DNA of 64,000 nucleotides from a virus (Duplodnaviria; Caudoviricetes): IMG/VR virus record IMGVR_UViG_3300042196_000418; one strand, 5' to 3'. Shown piece by piece: positions 48,523 to 58,615 of this stretch (position 1 is its first letter; each line of letters starts with the position of its first letter). The notes under the pieces were generated by a model. It saw only the letters and a program-made list of their open reading frames with translations, ran no database searches and was not told where the DNA came from. The position numbers and the translations under genes were made by a program.

Positions 48523-49651
48523 ATGACGACCGTAACGATCGACACCAGCAAGAACGACGACACGAGTAACCTCATGGTCCAGATCAAGCTCCGTGATCGC
48601 GACCTCAACGCCAAAGGCAGCGGCACGGAGGAGCATCGCCTCGTCGTGCTACTCGACACCGCGCCCGAAGATCCTACCGTCATGGGCACGGGGCGAGCGA
48701 AGTGGGCACGTGACTGCGCGGAGCGCGTGACTGGCGACTGGCTGCGAATGGATTTCCGCGCGGCGAATCGCAAGTGTGGCGAGCGTGGATGGGTCCCGAT
48801 CGGCACACTCGTGATCGCGATCGACAAGTCGATTCGCGGCTACAAAAGTGAGGGACGTGCAACCTACGCGCTCGGTGTCGTCGGCGCCGATGCGGAAGGA
48901 AAGACCAAGATCACGTGGAACCTGCCCGGCAAGGACGGCCACGTTAAGGTCGAGTCCAACGGATCGGGTTGGACGCACACGATCGTGTACCAGGGTCGCC
49001 GCTACGAGGTGCGATCGTGAACGCCCGCGACATCGAGAAGCAGATCCTGAACCTCATCGAGTCCTCGTTCGAGGACACCCGCGTCCCCGACGCGATCGCC
49101 GCGCACGCCGACAAGCGCACAGGCAAGTTGGTCACCAAGACCGACGCGGAGCAGCTCGAAGCACAGCTCGGAGTCCCCGTGCGCATCCTGCGCCGGTACG
49201 GCATGACGCAGGTCGCGAAAACGGGTATCGAGATCCAAGCAGTGACCTCTCCGATCAACGCAGCAATCGACGCGGCAACCGGAGCCAGCACAAGTACCGC
49301 CACACGATTCATCGAATGGGCCACGCGCGAGCACTGGGGCATCGAGCACGCGCCCGTGGCGTACCAAAAGGCGCTCACCGCCAAGGAAGCACAGATCTGA
49401 TGGGCACAAAATCGACGCGCAAGTACCCGCGGTGGATCGTCCTCTACTACATCCACACCCCCGGTTCGACGTGGCTCGGAAAGGGCGTGGAGTTTTTCGA
49501 CGACGAAGCGCCTGCGCGTGAGCGTGGTCGCGTAACAAACGGCACCAGCCGCCCGTTCTATCCGCCCTGGGATCGCCAGTACCTGGGCGCCGCACAGGGG
49601 CACGCCAACCCTGTAGCCTTGACGGCCTACCTTCAGGAGTACCGGCCGTGA
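48523..49651 (+). CDS. three coupled hypothetical genes (48523-49020, 49017-49400, 49400-49651)
   Basis: stop/start overlaps after P6. Confidence 0.6.
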
Positions 49652-50094
49652 CGTGCGGTCGCTGCCGCGAGAGCGGCCACAACCGGACGACGTGCCCCAA
49701 GTCAGAGCATCTGCCGCAAGCGCCGCCCGCCGAGCTGCTGCGGGTGCTGATCGATCCGATGCATGCGCTCACGCTCGTCACGGAAGGCAAGACAGCTGAG
49801 GCGCTTGCGAATGCCACGCGTCAAATCGGAGAACTCAACCGCGACGGGCTCGGGCACCTGGCGTGCAGCGACATCTTGATCGCGCTCGCCGAGTTGGAGC
49901 TGCGCTCCAGGCAGATTCCTGCGGCAATCGAAAACGTCCGATCAACACGCATGTCCGTCGAATCCGCCAAAGCAGCGCTCGCCGCCGCCAGGCACGAACA
50001 TGCGCGGTCCGAAGCCGAGATCCTCATCGCGCTCGGGTACCACGAGAAGGCCGAAGCATTGGGCTTCCCCCTCCTGCACGAACGAACCTCCTGA
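49648..50094 (+). CDS. CCHC zinc-knuckle protein
   Basis: CGRCRESGHNRTTC = CX2CX4HX4C. Confidence 0.6.
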   Translation: MTCGRCRESGHNRTTCPKSEHLPQAPPAELLRVLIDPMHALTLVTEGKTAEALANATRQIGELNRDGLGHLACSDILIALAELELRSRQIPAAIENVRSTRMSVESAKAALAAARHEHARSEAEILIALGYHEKAEALGFPLLHERTS

Positions 50095-50387
50095 TGGCGA
50101 GGGCGGAAAAGCACGTCCTGACCGAGACGGACTACTGCGCCACGATGTTCGAGCATCCGAAAGTCAACGGGCGCTACCGGTGCACGGCCGCTGGGCGTTA
50201 CATGGACACGGACGGGCGAGTGATCTGCGAGCGGTGCGCCGTTGATCTCGTGGTAGTTAAGCTCACCGACGTCCCGAAGCTCATCAATCTCGTCGATCGC
50301 CTCGTCGAGCTGACACCACCGATGACCAACGATCTGCGAGCACAACTGCGCACCCTGGTGAGCCGTTTGGCGAAAGTTTCGCCGTGA
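50094..50387 (+). CDS. small Cys-rich protein
   Basis: C...C...CERC. Confidence 0.55.
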   Translation: MARAEKHVLTETDYCATMFEHPKVNGRYRCTAAGRYMDTDGRVICERCAVDLVVVKLTDVPKLINLVDRLVELTPPMTNDLRAQLRTLVSRLAKVSP

Positions 50388-50953
50388 TCACGCTCGTGCA
50401 TGGCGGGCAGACCGGCGTTGATCGCGGCGGCCACGAAGGCGCGATCGACAACGGCTGGCGGATCGCGGGCTACATGCCGAGCGACGCGCGTGACGAGCTC
50501 GGTGCGATCCCAGAGGCGGTCGCACGATTTCTCGTGCCGCACGACAAGGCGCGCTACTCCGCGCGCACCGAGGCAAATGTAGCCTCGGTCAACGCTGCAC
50601 TGATCGTCGTGCGCGACGCGAACGCCCCGCGGGAGACGCCAGGCACTGCCATGACGATCGACCTGGCTGCCCAGCGGCAGCTGCCCCGCAAGATCGCCGA
50701 TCCGAGTACCGATGCGACGCAGATCGCCCTCTGGATTTGGAACGATCTGCTCAGGCCAAGCACGCTGATGCTGCCGCTCGACGGATTCCAGCCCGATCCA
50801 GTGACCACACGGCTGCTAATCGCCGGCCCACGCGAGAGTAAATGGCGTGGCGCGCAAGCCGATACAGCGGAACTCCTGCGCCAGATCGCCCTCGCGATCA
50901 CCGAGATCCGCACCCCCATCCCAGATCAAGATCTGTCCCTCCAGCAGCGATAA
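50384..50953 (+). CDS. SLOG-family (putative molybdenum-carrier-like) protein
   Basis: HGGQTGVDRG, GYMP, YSARTEANV, GTAMT, IAGPRES. Confidence 0.8.
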   Translation: MITLVHGGQTGVDRGGHEGAIDNGWRIAGYMPSDARDELGAIPEAVARFLVPHDKARYSARTEANVASVNAALIVVRDANAPRETPGTAMTIDLAAQRQLPRKIADPSTDATQIALWIWNDLLRPSTLMLPLDGFQPDPVTTRLLIAGPRESKWRGAQADTAELLRQIALAITEIRTPIPDQDLSLQQR

Positions 50954-50966
50954 TATCCGACCAGAC

Positions 50967-51839
50967 ATGCAGAAAAAGGGTCCCAAGTCCATTCCGAGCC
51001 AGGTCCAGCTGCCTGGTGGCATCACGCTCAAGGGCGTGCCGTTCAAGATCGTCGAGTACAACCCGGATGGCACACCAAAGCTGTTCGAGCTGCTGCCGCT
51101 CGGCGCTGCGTTCGACATCACGGAGAACGATACGTGCGTGCTGTTCGCACGGGAAACGGTCATGCGAAAGCCGTGGCAGAACGGGAAGCCGCCGAAGGAA
51201 AGCTGACCCGAACGTATCGGCCACCGCAGCAAGAAAAGTTGCGCGCTACGTGGAGCTGGGAGAGCGTTGAACCGTGACCGATTCCAAGAACATCACTGAA
51301 GCGACGACCCTCGCCGAGTTGCGCGAGCAATGCCTCCTCCTCGAAGTCATCTCACTCCGGCTCTATCCATCCATGAACGGCGAGGGACGCACAGCGGGCG
51401 TGCATCACGCGACGGGGATCTATGTGGACACAGGGCCGACCGAGGCGACGGCGATCGAGGCAGCCTTTGTCAAGCTCCGACACGCGCTTCTGTCCGAGCC
51501 ACTCAAGCAGTACCTTGAAGAGATCGAAGACAAGGAGTCGCGATGAAGCATCGTTTCATTCCCCTCGCCACGATCAAGCGCTACGAGACGCTCGCGCGCA
51601 AACGCAAGGTCTCCGAAGTCGCGCGAGGGCCCGGAGGCTTTCTGCCCGCATACAAGCGCGCAGGATCTGCGGCGGCGCTTCCCGACTACTGGCGGAGCAA
51701 GCGCGAAGCCTTCATCGCCCGGCACATGGCGCAGGTCGAGGAGCGTAACGAGCCTTTGTGGGATTTGGACGGGCATCCCTCTCGTCGTCACCTGGCGCTC
51801 ATTATGTGGGCCTACTCGCCCGCAGCAAGTCGTCTATAG
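50967..51839 (+). CDS. three hypothetical genes (50967-51206, 51274-51546, 51543-51839)
   Basis: ORFs with typical codon usage. Confidence 0.5.
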
Positions 51840-51851
51840 AAGGACCTCGTC

Positions 51852-52361
51852 ATGACGCGCAAGAAGACAGGTGCCCAGCTCGATCGAGATGTCGCGAAGG
51901 CCCTCAAGAAGCCTGCGTTGACGGTCAAGCGCGCCGACGAGGTCATCCGCGCAGCGCAGCTGGAGGGCTTCAGCGGCCGATGCGGCCGTGTCGCGATCGC
52001 GATCAACAGCATCTTGTTTGACAACAAGGGGCGCTACGTCGTCGCCACGAACCCCGCGATCAACAAACACCGCGGGCAGCTGTTCATGGGTCACGTCGTC
52101 GTCGAGTGGAAGAAACGGCTGTTCGACGCAACGGGTGTCATCAACGACGAGGACACGATCGAGTCTTGGGGAATGGTCGACCACACCGATCCAGACTACG
52201 ACTACCTCACCGAGGACGAAGCCAACGACGGTCAACTTCACTACATCGACGACCTGTTCCGAAGTCGCGCAGAGCAAGAGAAGGCCATCGAGGTTGGAAC
52301 GCGGGGACAGTGCCCGCTGCGCGATGTGGAGAAAGCCCTCCGCGAGGCCATGGAGTCATGA
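51852..52361 (+). CDS. tagged papain-like protein
   Basis: KKTGAQLDRDVAKAL; GRCGRVAIA...GHVVV...LFDATG. Confidence 0.6.
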   Translation: MTRKKTGAQLDRDVAKALKKPALTVKRADEVIRAAQLEGFSGRCGRVAIAINSILFDNKGRYVVATNPAINKHRGQLFMGHVVVEWKKRLFDATGVINDEDTIESWGMVDHTDPDYDYLTEDEANDGQLHYIDDLFRSRAEQEKAIEVGTRGQCPLRDVEKALREAMES

Positions 52362-52861
52362 TGCGCAAGAAGATCAGCGAAGAGGACGCAGTGAAGATCG
52401 CCGAGCTGCGTGCTACCTATGAAGAGACCCGGCGCACCGCAGCAGTCGAACCTACTGCGGCAACACGGGCCGCCGCGAAGGAGGCATGGGCAGCGCTGGA
52501 CGCCGCGAGCCCCCGCACGGCGACGAAGACGAGCTTTGCAAGCCGCGCCGGCAAGAGACAGGACGCGCAAGGGATCCGCGCTTATCGACAGGGCCGATCG
52601 CACGCGACGAAGAAGACCCCAGCCCAGCTCAATCGCGAAATCGCCGCCGCGCTCGCGTCCGAGGACGAGGGCGTCTTCTACCTCACCGACACCAGGGAGC
52701 AGCCGCTGGAACTCGAGTTCTCATCCCGCCCCGCGGCAAAGCGCGCGGCAATGAAACTCGTACGCGAAGGCGTGCACCCCAGGGTTGAAATCTGGCACCG
52801 ATGGCACGGCGGTCGCTACATGCAGGGCCTCGCAGACGAGGACGGCTGGTCCGATGTCTAA
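52358..52861 (+). CDS. hypothetical protein with internal KKTPAQLNREIAAAL tag
   Basis: ATGA overlap; tag lies between two segments. Confidence 0.65.
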   Translation: MMRKKISEEDAVKIAELRATYEETRRTAAVEPTAATRAAAKEAWAALDAASPRTATKTSFASRAGKRQDAQGIRAYRQGRSHATKKTPAQLNREIAAALASEDEGVFYLTDTREQPLELEFSSRPAAKRAAMKLVREGVHPRVEIWHRWHGGRYMQGLADEDGWSDV

Positions 52862-53886
52862 GTTACGCTACGCAAAGTTCACGCTGACCGACGGCACGCG
52901 TTTCATCCTGCGCGTCACCAGCGAGTCGCCCACCATCGTCCGAGGCTACGAGGTCAATGCCGACGGCGACGAGGTCGTTCCGCCCGGCGCCTGCAACCGG
53001 TTGCGCATCGTCGGGCGCGACTTCATCAAGAAGACCGTCGAAATGCGCATGAACAACAAGTACGCGACGCTTGAGGTCGTACCGCACGAGGCGGGCGCCA
53101 TCGCGAAGCTTGTGAACATCGTCACCGACACCGCGACGCTCGCCGAAGCGCTGTACCCAGGCAGCGGCCTTCCGACAATGAACACCGGCGTCTACGAGGG
53201 CACACGGACTCCGATCAGAAAGCTCACCGGCCGTGAGGTCGTCACGGTAGCCGGCACGACCGCGGGCGCGAAGGTCCTGTCCGACGAGACCTGGATCATC
53301 GACCGCTTCGGACCGCTCGGCGCGAGGCAGATCAAGAAGCTGCGCGAGCTCACGAAGGAAGCATTATGAGCAGAAAACTGAACTACGGCGACTTCTCGCG
53401 GACCGGCTACCAGGACTGCGCCAACGTGTTCGACACGAACAACCACAACGACGCCTGGCACCGCCTCGGCAAGCCGCGTGGGACCGGCGTCGCCATCAAG
53501 GTCGTGCGTGAGGCGTGGGGAAACGACGAGGACCAGTACGAGCAATGGCTTTCTCAGGCCGACGTCGACGAGATTCTCAAAGACGGCCTCGAACTGCGGT
53601 CCGCATATCGGGCGTGGCGTGACGCCTGGCAGGGCTGCGCGGAGAGCGCCGTGAAAGCCGACCTGAAGGAGTGGATCGCGCAAGAAGACGAAGAAGACCG
53701 ATGAAGTCCAAGGCCGATCCGCACAAGCTCATGATCGAAGGCAAAGGGCCCTCGACAATGGGCCGCTGTGCGTGCGGCACCGTCTTTCTGTCGGGTCTCG
53801 GCCGCGGCACCGAACGGCAGCAAGTCCGCGACCAGCATACCAGGCACCTCACGAACGTTGCGTGGATGGAGTCGTTGCCAAAATGA
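52854..53886 (+). CDS. three coupled hypothetical genes (52854-53369, 53366-53704, 53701-53886)
   Basis: overlapping stops and starts. Confidence 0.6.
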
Positions 53887-54293
53887 CCAAGACCCCTGCC
53901 CAACTAGACGCTGAGATTGCCGAAGCGCTCGGCAAGGACCGATCGACGCATCCGAACGTCATCGAATACGCCGTGCAATACCTTTTCAAGAACAAGACAC
54001 CAAAGGCTGCCGCCGCGGCCACGGCGAAGAAGCTATCCGGCGGTCCGAATATGTTCTTGGACGTGCATCCACCCGACGTTGTGAAGATCGACGTGTCCCA
54101 GCTCGAAGGCGCTGTTTGGGATCGAATGGTTGACTACACGCTCAAGGGCGTCGCCAGCTTCAAGGCCGACAAAGCACACTGGGCCCTCGACGGCGCTCTT
54201 CAACGCTTCCACCAGCGCCCGAGCCTGCGCGCAGAGCTCAAGCGCCGCGTGATCGAACGGCTTGGCCGCGATCCATTCGAGGGCCTCGAATGA
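53883..54293 (+). CDS. hypothetical protein with N-terminal KTPAQLDAEIAEAL tag
   Basis: MTKTPAQLDAEIAEALGK. Confidence 0.7.
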   Translation: MTKTPAQLDAEIAEALGKDRSTHPNVIEYAVQYLFKNKTPKAAAAATAKKLSGGPNMFLDVHPPDVVKIDVSQLEGAVWDRMVDYTLKGVASFKADKAHWALDGALQRFHQRPSLRAELKRRVIERLGRDPFEGLE

Positions 54294-54733
54294 CAAAGTC
54301 CGCCCAACTGGATCGGGAGATCACCGAAGCGCTAAACGGCCCCGCATGGCTGGTCTCTCAAACGAAAAAGCGCGTCGATCCGAAGTCCTTCCGCGATCTC
54401 ATCCAGAAGGCCGTCAAGTTCCCCGAGTTCAAGGCACCCTCGAAATACACGTGGGACTTGATCCGTGGCGTCCCTATCCGCGAGCTGGATCCAGGATCGA
54501 AGTTCGACTATGAGACGGATCCCGAGAGTAACGACGAGGAAGCCGGCGAGAATCTCGCGCGCTACCACCGGGTTGAAGCGCTCCTCGTCCACCAGGGAAA
54601 GAAGCCTTGGCCCATTGTCGTGGGTCAAGACGGCGCGGTGATCGACGGCCACCATCGGCTAGCCGTGCTCTCCGATCATGGAGCCGAAACGGTAGACGTC
54701 CTGTGGGTCCGGCCAAAGGGCAAGTACCGGTGA
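54290..54733 (+). CDS. ParB/Srx N-domain protein with N-terminal tag
   Basis: MTKSAQLDREITEAL; PIVVGQDGAVIDGHHRL. Confidence 0.75.
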   Translation: MTKSAQLDREITEALNGPAWLVSQTKKRVDPKSFRDLIQKAVKFPEFKAPSKYTWDLIRGVPIRELDPGSKFDYETDPESNDEEAGENLARYHRVEALLVHQGKKPWPIVVGQDGAVIDGHHRLAVLSDHGAETVDVLWVRPKGKYR

Positions 54734-55122
54734 CCAAGACCGCCGCCCAACTCGACGCCGAAATCGCCGAGGCCCTGCACGCCAAGGCCGTCCAATCATC
54801 AGAGGCCGCCAAGCGCCTGTCCGACGGCGTCTATGACGCCGCCGAGCACCGCGCCGCGGCCAAGGCACATCGACGCACAGCTCGACTTCACAAAGCTGAT
54901 CCGACCGGGGGCGACGCTGCGTGGCTGCACGAGCTGGCCGCGATCAATCACCGACAAGCAGCCACGGCACGTGCCTCTCGAGCACTCACGGCGGCGAACC
55001 CGGCACGGACGCAGAAGACCTTCGCCGCGTTCAAGGAGAAGCTCTCCGCCGCCAACGAGCACACGTCGATGGCCCAGGAGTACGCACGACAGGCGCTCGC
55101 CGCGGCAAAAAAGCGCCCATGA
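54730..55122 (+). CDS. Ala/His-rich helical protein with N-terminal tag
   Basis: VTKTAAQLDAEIAEALHAK. Confidence 0.7.
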   Translation: MTKTAAQLDAEIAEALHAKAVQSSEAAKRLSDGVYDAAEHRAAAKAHRRTARLHKADPTGGDAAWLHELAAINHRQAATARASRALTAANPARTQKTFAAFKEKLSAANEHTSMAQEYARQALAAAKKRP

Positions 55123-55517
55123 GGAATGCAGGGACACCTACGATCTCGATCGCCACGCCATGGGGCGAAGCAACCGTCACGGTTGAAATCGCGTCGACAC
55201 CGGCTGAGATCGCGCGTGGTCTCATGTACCGAAATCATCTTCCGTACGATGCCGGGATGCTGTTTGTCATGGGCAGCGACGCCGTGTGGTCGTTCTACAT
55301 GCGAAACACCTTCATCCCACTCGACATGATCTTCATCACGCGTGATTTGACCGTCGCAGGCATGATTGCCAACGCTGAGCCCTGCACCAACACGCTGCGC
55401 AGCATCCACAAGCCGTCGTCGTACGTGCTGGAGGTGAACGGCGGATGGGCCGCTGCCCACCAGATCACCGCGGGCGCCAAGGTGCGTCCAGGGCACCAGG
55501 ACAAGAGGCACGGCTGA
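55119..55517 (+). CDS. DUF192-family protein
   Basis: VEIA.TP..RGLMYR...GMLF...MRNTFIPLDMIFI...YVLEVNGG. Confidence 0.88.
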   Translation: MRNAGTPTISIATPWGEATVTVEIASTPAEIARGLMYRNHLPYDAGMLFVMGSDAVWSFYMRNTFIPLDMIFITRDLTVAGMIANAEPCTNTLRSIHKPSSYVLEVNGGWAAAHQITAGAKVRPGHQDKRHG

Positions 55518-55519
55518 AC

Positions 55520-56640
55520 ATGCAAGAGCGGCGTTTAGAAGAGCGTGAAGTTTTTGAAGACGTAACGACTGAATGGGGTCCTGCGTGGGAACAGCCAGCA
55601 GGTTCGCGTTACTGGAACGAAGCCGACTGGCGAGCTTACGTCCGACAGCGCAACGCCGAGTTGAAAGCAAAAGGATCCTATACGCGTGTCCGAAGCGTGC
55701 CGGTGAACGAGTAACCTACCGCACAAACATCAAGGCGAGGACGAAGAACACATGAGCGATCCGATACGCAACATCATGGGTGACGGCTTTATCGAGCTGC
55801 GTTGTTGCGGGCAGATCGCTGGCTTCGTGAACGCGCGCCTGTTCACCCCGGAAACGAACGAGCGCTTCTGTGCGATCCAGCAAAGTCTTGGCAAGGCATG
55901 GGAAGAAGACGCCGAGGTCAGGACATTGCTGTCAGATCCCCGCCTCCTACGGACCCCCGGCTGACGGCACGCCAATCCTGTTTCCGTGCGGTACATGTGG
56001 TGCGCAATTCGCCTGGGCCGGTGGCAGACCCGTCCAGATCTCGTCGACGTGATCCCCGTGCAGTCCCCTGTCAAATCCCACTATCCAACCAAGTAGACTC
56101 CCCATTGATGCCCGCTTGCTCCAACCCTCCGAACCGACCACCACGCGAAGTGATCGATCGCCTGATCGACTCCATCGCGTGGGCGAAGACCTGCATGCTC
56201 CTCGCCGCGGCAACGGCGCCGAAAACGCCCGCGCGAGAGCACGAGCTGGAGAAGCTCCGTAAAGCCGTCATCGAACCACGACGCGACGTCGACGCTGTCT
56301 TCAACCAAGGGAAGTCCCTGCCGCGCGAGCTGCTCATCGAGCTGCGGACGTGCGAGCTGGCGATCCCGAAGCTTGAGACAGGCGCTGTGCTCCGGCAGAC
56401 AACCGAAGGCACGCCATGAAAACCCGCGAGCTGCGACGGCAATGCGAACGGTTCACCGCACGCGTGATCGCAGAGGGCGCCAACCCTGACGAGCTCGCCG
56501 GTCTCATGATCGGATCGCTGATGCGCATCATGCGCGACCGCGGCGTCTCGCGAGAGCTATACCTGCAAGCGTGCGCGCTGCTGTGGGACAACAACAACCC
56601 GACCGATGTCCCCGTGGACGAAGAAGAGCGGGGGAGCTGA
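55520..56640 (+). CDS. small hypothetical genes (55520-55714, 55752-55964, 56108-56419, 56416-56640)
   Basis: short ORFs, partly coupled. Confidence 0.45.
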
Positions 56641-56643
56641 CCG

Positions 56644-57762
56644 ATGCAGGACCTTTACGCGGTGCTCGGTGTCGAGCGAGCAGCATCCCAGGCCGACCTC
56701 AAGAAGGCGTACCGAAAACTCGCGCAGCAGTACCACCCCGATCACCACCCGGGTGACAAAAGCGCCGAGGACAAGTTCAAGGAAGCTGCGAACGCCTACC
56801 ACATCCTCTCGGACGACGAGAAACGTGCCGCCTACGATCGCTGGGGCCACGACGGCCTACGCCGCGGCGGCGGTGGAGCTGGTCCAGGCCCCGGCCCAGG
56901 AGGATTCGGCGGCGGCTTCGAGAACGTTGAGGATATCTTCTCCGCGTTCGGCGATCTATTCGGCGATTTCTTCGCGGGGCGTGGGAGAGCGCGACAGGCA
57001 GGGCGCGGCGCCGATCTCAGCGTCGATCTGTCGATCGCGTTTCACGAGGCCGTGTGGGGTGTGCGAAAGAGCGTCGAGATCACGCGATCGGTTGGCTGCT
57101 CGACGTGCCGCGGGACTGGCGCAGCAAACGGCGTTAGACCAGAAGTCTGCCGCGGATGCCAGGGTAAGGGCCAAGTCACCCACCCCCAGGGTTTCTTCAT
57201 GGTGCAGACGACGTGCGCGCAGTGTCAGGGCGCTGGCAAAACGATCAAAGATCCCTGCCGTGACTGCCGTGGTCGCGCGATCCGGTCGGAGACCTCGACG
57301 CTGACCGTGACCGTGCCGGCCGGCGTCGACAAAGGGCAGACACTTCGCATCGCCGGCAAGGGCGAGAGCCTCCCTGGCGGCACCCCGGGCGACCTCTACG
57401 TCATACTGCTCGTCGCCGAGGACAAGCGCTTCGAGCGTGACGGCAACGACATTATCAGCGAGGTGCCCATCAGCTTCTTCCAAGCCGCGCTCGGCGGCGA
57501 GATCGAGGTCGACACACTCGACGAGGGTTGTGAAGGAACTGCGATCCTCGAGCTACGGCCCGGGACACAACCCGGAGACGAGATCGTGCGCCGCGGCCAA
57601 GGCATCCAGCACGTGACCGACCACGGTCGCGGCGACCACTACATCCGCTTCTCCATCGAGATTCCCAAGAAGCTGACCTCCAAGCAGGAGAAACTCCTGC
57701 GCGAGTTAGCAGCAGATTTCGGTGAGGATCGATCACGCCCCAAGAAGAAGGCGAAACGGTGA
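56644..57762 (+). CDS. dnaJ: molecular chaperone DnaJ
   Basis: J domain with HPD, G/F region, four CxxCxGx(G/A) repeats, C-terminal domain. Confidence 0.95.
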   Translation: MQDLYAVLGVERAASQADLKKAYRKLAQQYHPDHHPGDKSAEDKFKEAANAYHILSDDEKRAAYDRWGHDGLRRGGGGAGPGPGPGGFGGGFENVEDIFSAFGDLFGDFFAGRGRARQAGRGADLSVDLSIAFHEAVWGVRKSVEITRSVGCSTCRGTGAANGVRPEVCRGCQGKGQVTHPQGFFMVQTTCAQCQGAGKTIKDPCRDCRGRAIRSETSTLTVTVPAGVDKGQTLRIAGKGESLPGGTPGDLYVILLVAEDKRFERDGNDIISEVPISFFQAALGGEIEVDTLDEGCEGTAILELRPGTQPGDEIVRRGQGIQHVTDHGRGDHYIRFSIEIPKKLTSKQEKLLRELAADFGEDRSRPKKKAKR

Positions 57763-58593
57763 AGAGCGATCCCGCTTGGCCGTCACCGCCAACGCTACGT
57801 CGCATGTTGTACTGGGGTGACGGTCTCAGCGGCCGACCTCACGATCACGTGCGTCACGACATTCCCGACGTTCATCGCCGCTCGATCACACTCGTCTTGG
57901 AGCACGGAAACGACGCGCATCCAGCGACGCAGGCGATGGGTTGGGCGGACTGTCGCATCTGTGGAGCGAAGCTCGGATCGCGGGATATAACCGCATTCGG
58001 TTTCGTCTGGCCCGAGAAGGCCGAACACTATCTCCTCGCGCATCACGTGTGGACACCGGAGTGCGCGGAGCTTCTTCAAGAAGTCCTGCGCAGAGCACCG
58101 CCATGACAGCGCGCGGAATATGCGAACGCTGTGGCGTGACGGTCATCGGATCTCGTGCCGATCGCCGTGTGTGGGCACACTGCATCTGCGTCGGGTGCCT
58201 GCCGCCACCGAAACCATTGCCTCTGATTTACGCTGGCAAGTTTCGTCAAGCGAAGAGGGATTCGTGACCTCGCAACCTGACTACTGGATGGACGGGACCA
58301 CGGTCGTCGAGTTTCGATCTGGCGTCCGCGTGCTGCACATCTCCACCTGCACGGCGCTTTGTGGCCTGCCAGGTTGTCCCCAGAGCGAGAGCTGCCGGAG
58401 CTACTTCATCTATCAGCTACGCTTCCACGGCGACGGATCCCGCGAATGGCGTCGCGCCAGTTCCGCCGGCATACCTCGCGATCAAGCGATCGCAGAGGCC
58501 AGCCGACGCGCCATCGACGCAGAGGCGTTCGCAGATCATCGACCTGAAGATCGCGCCGCGATCGATCACTGGAACGCGGAGGGATGCCCATGA
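57759..58593 (+). CDS. three coupled hypothetical genes (57759-58106, 58103-58267, 58264-58593)
   Basis: 4-bp overlaps; Cys motifs. Confidence 0.55.
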
Positions 58594-58615
58594 TCGCAGA
58601 GCGGCCGGTGAACGC

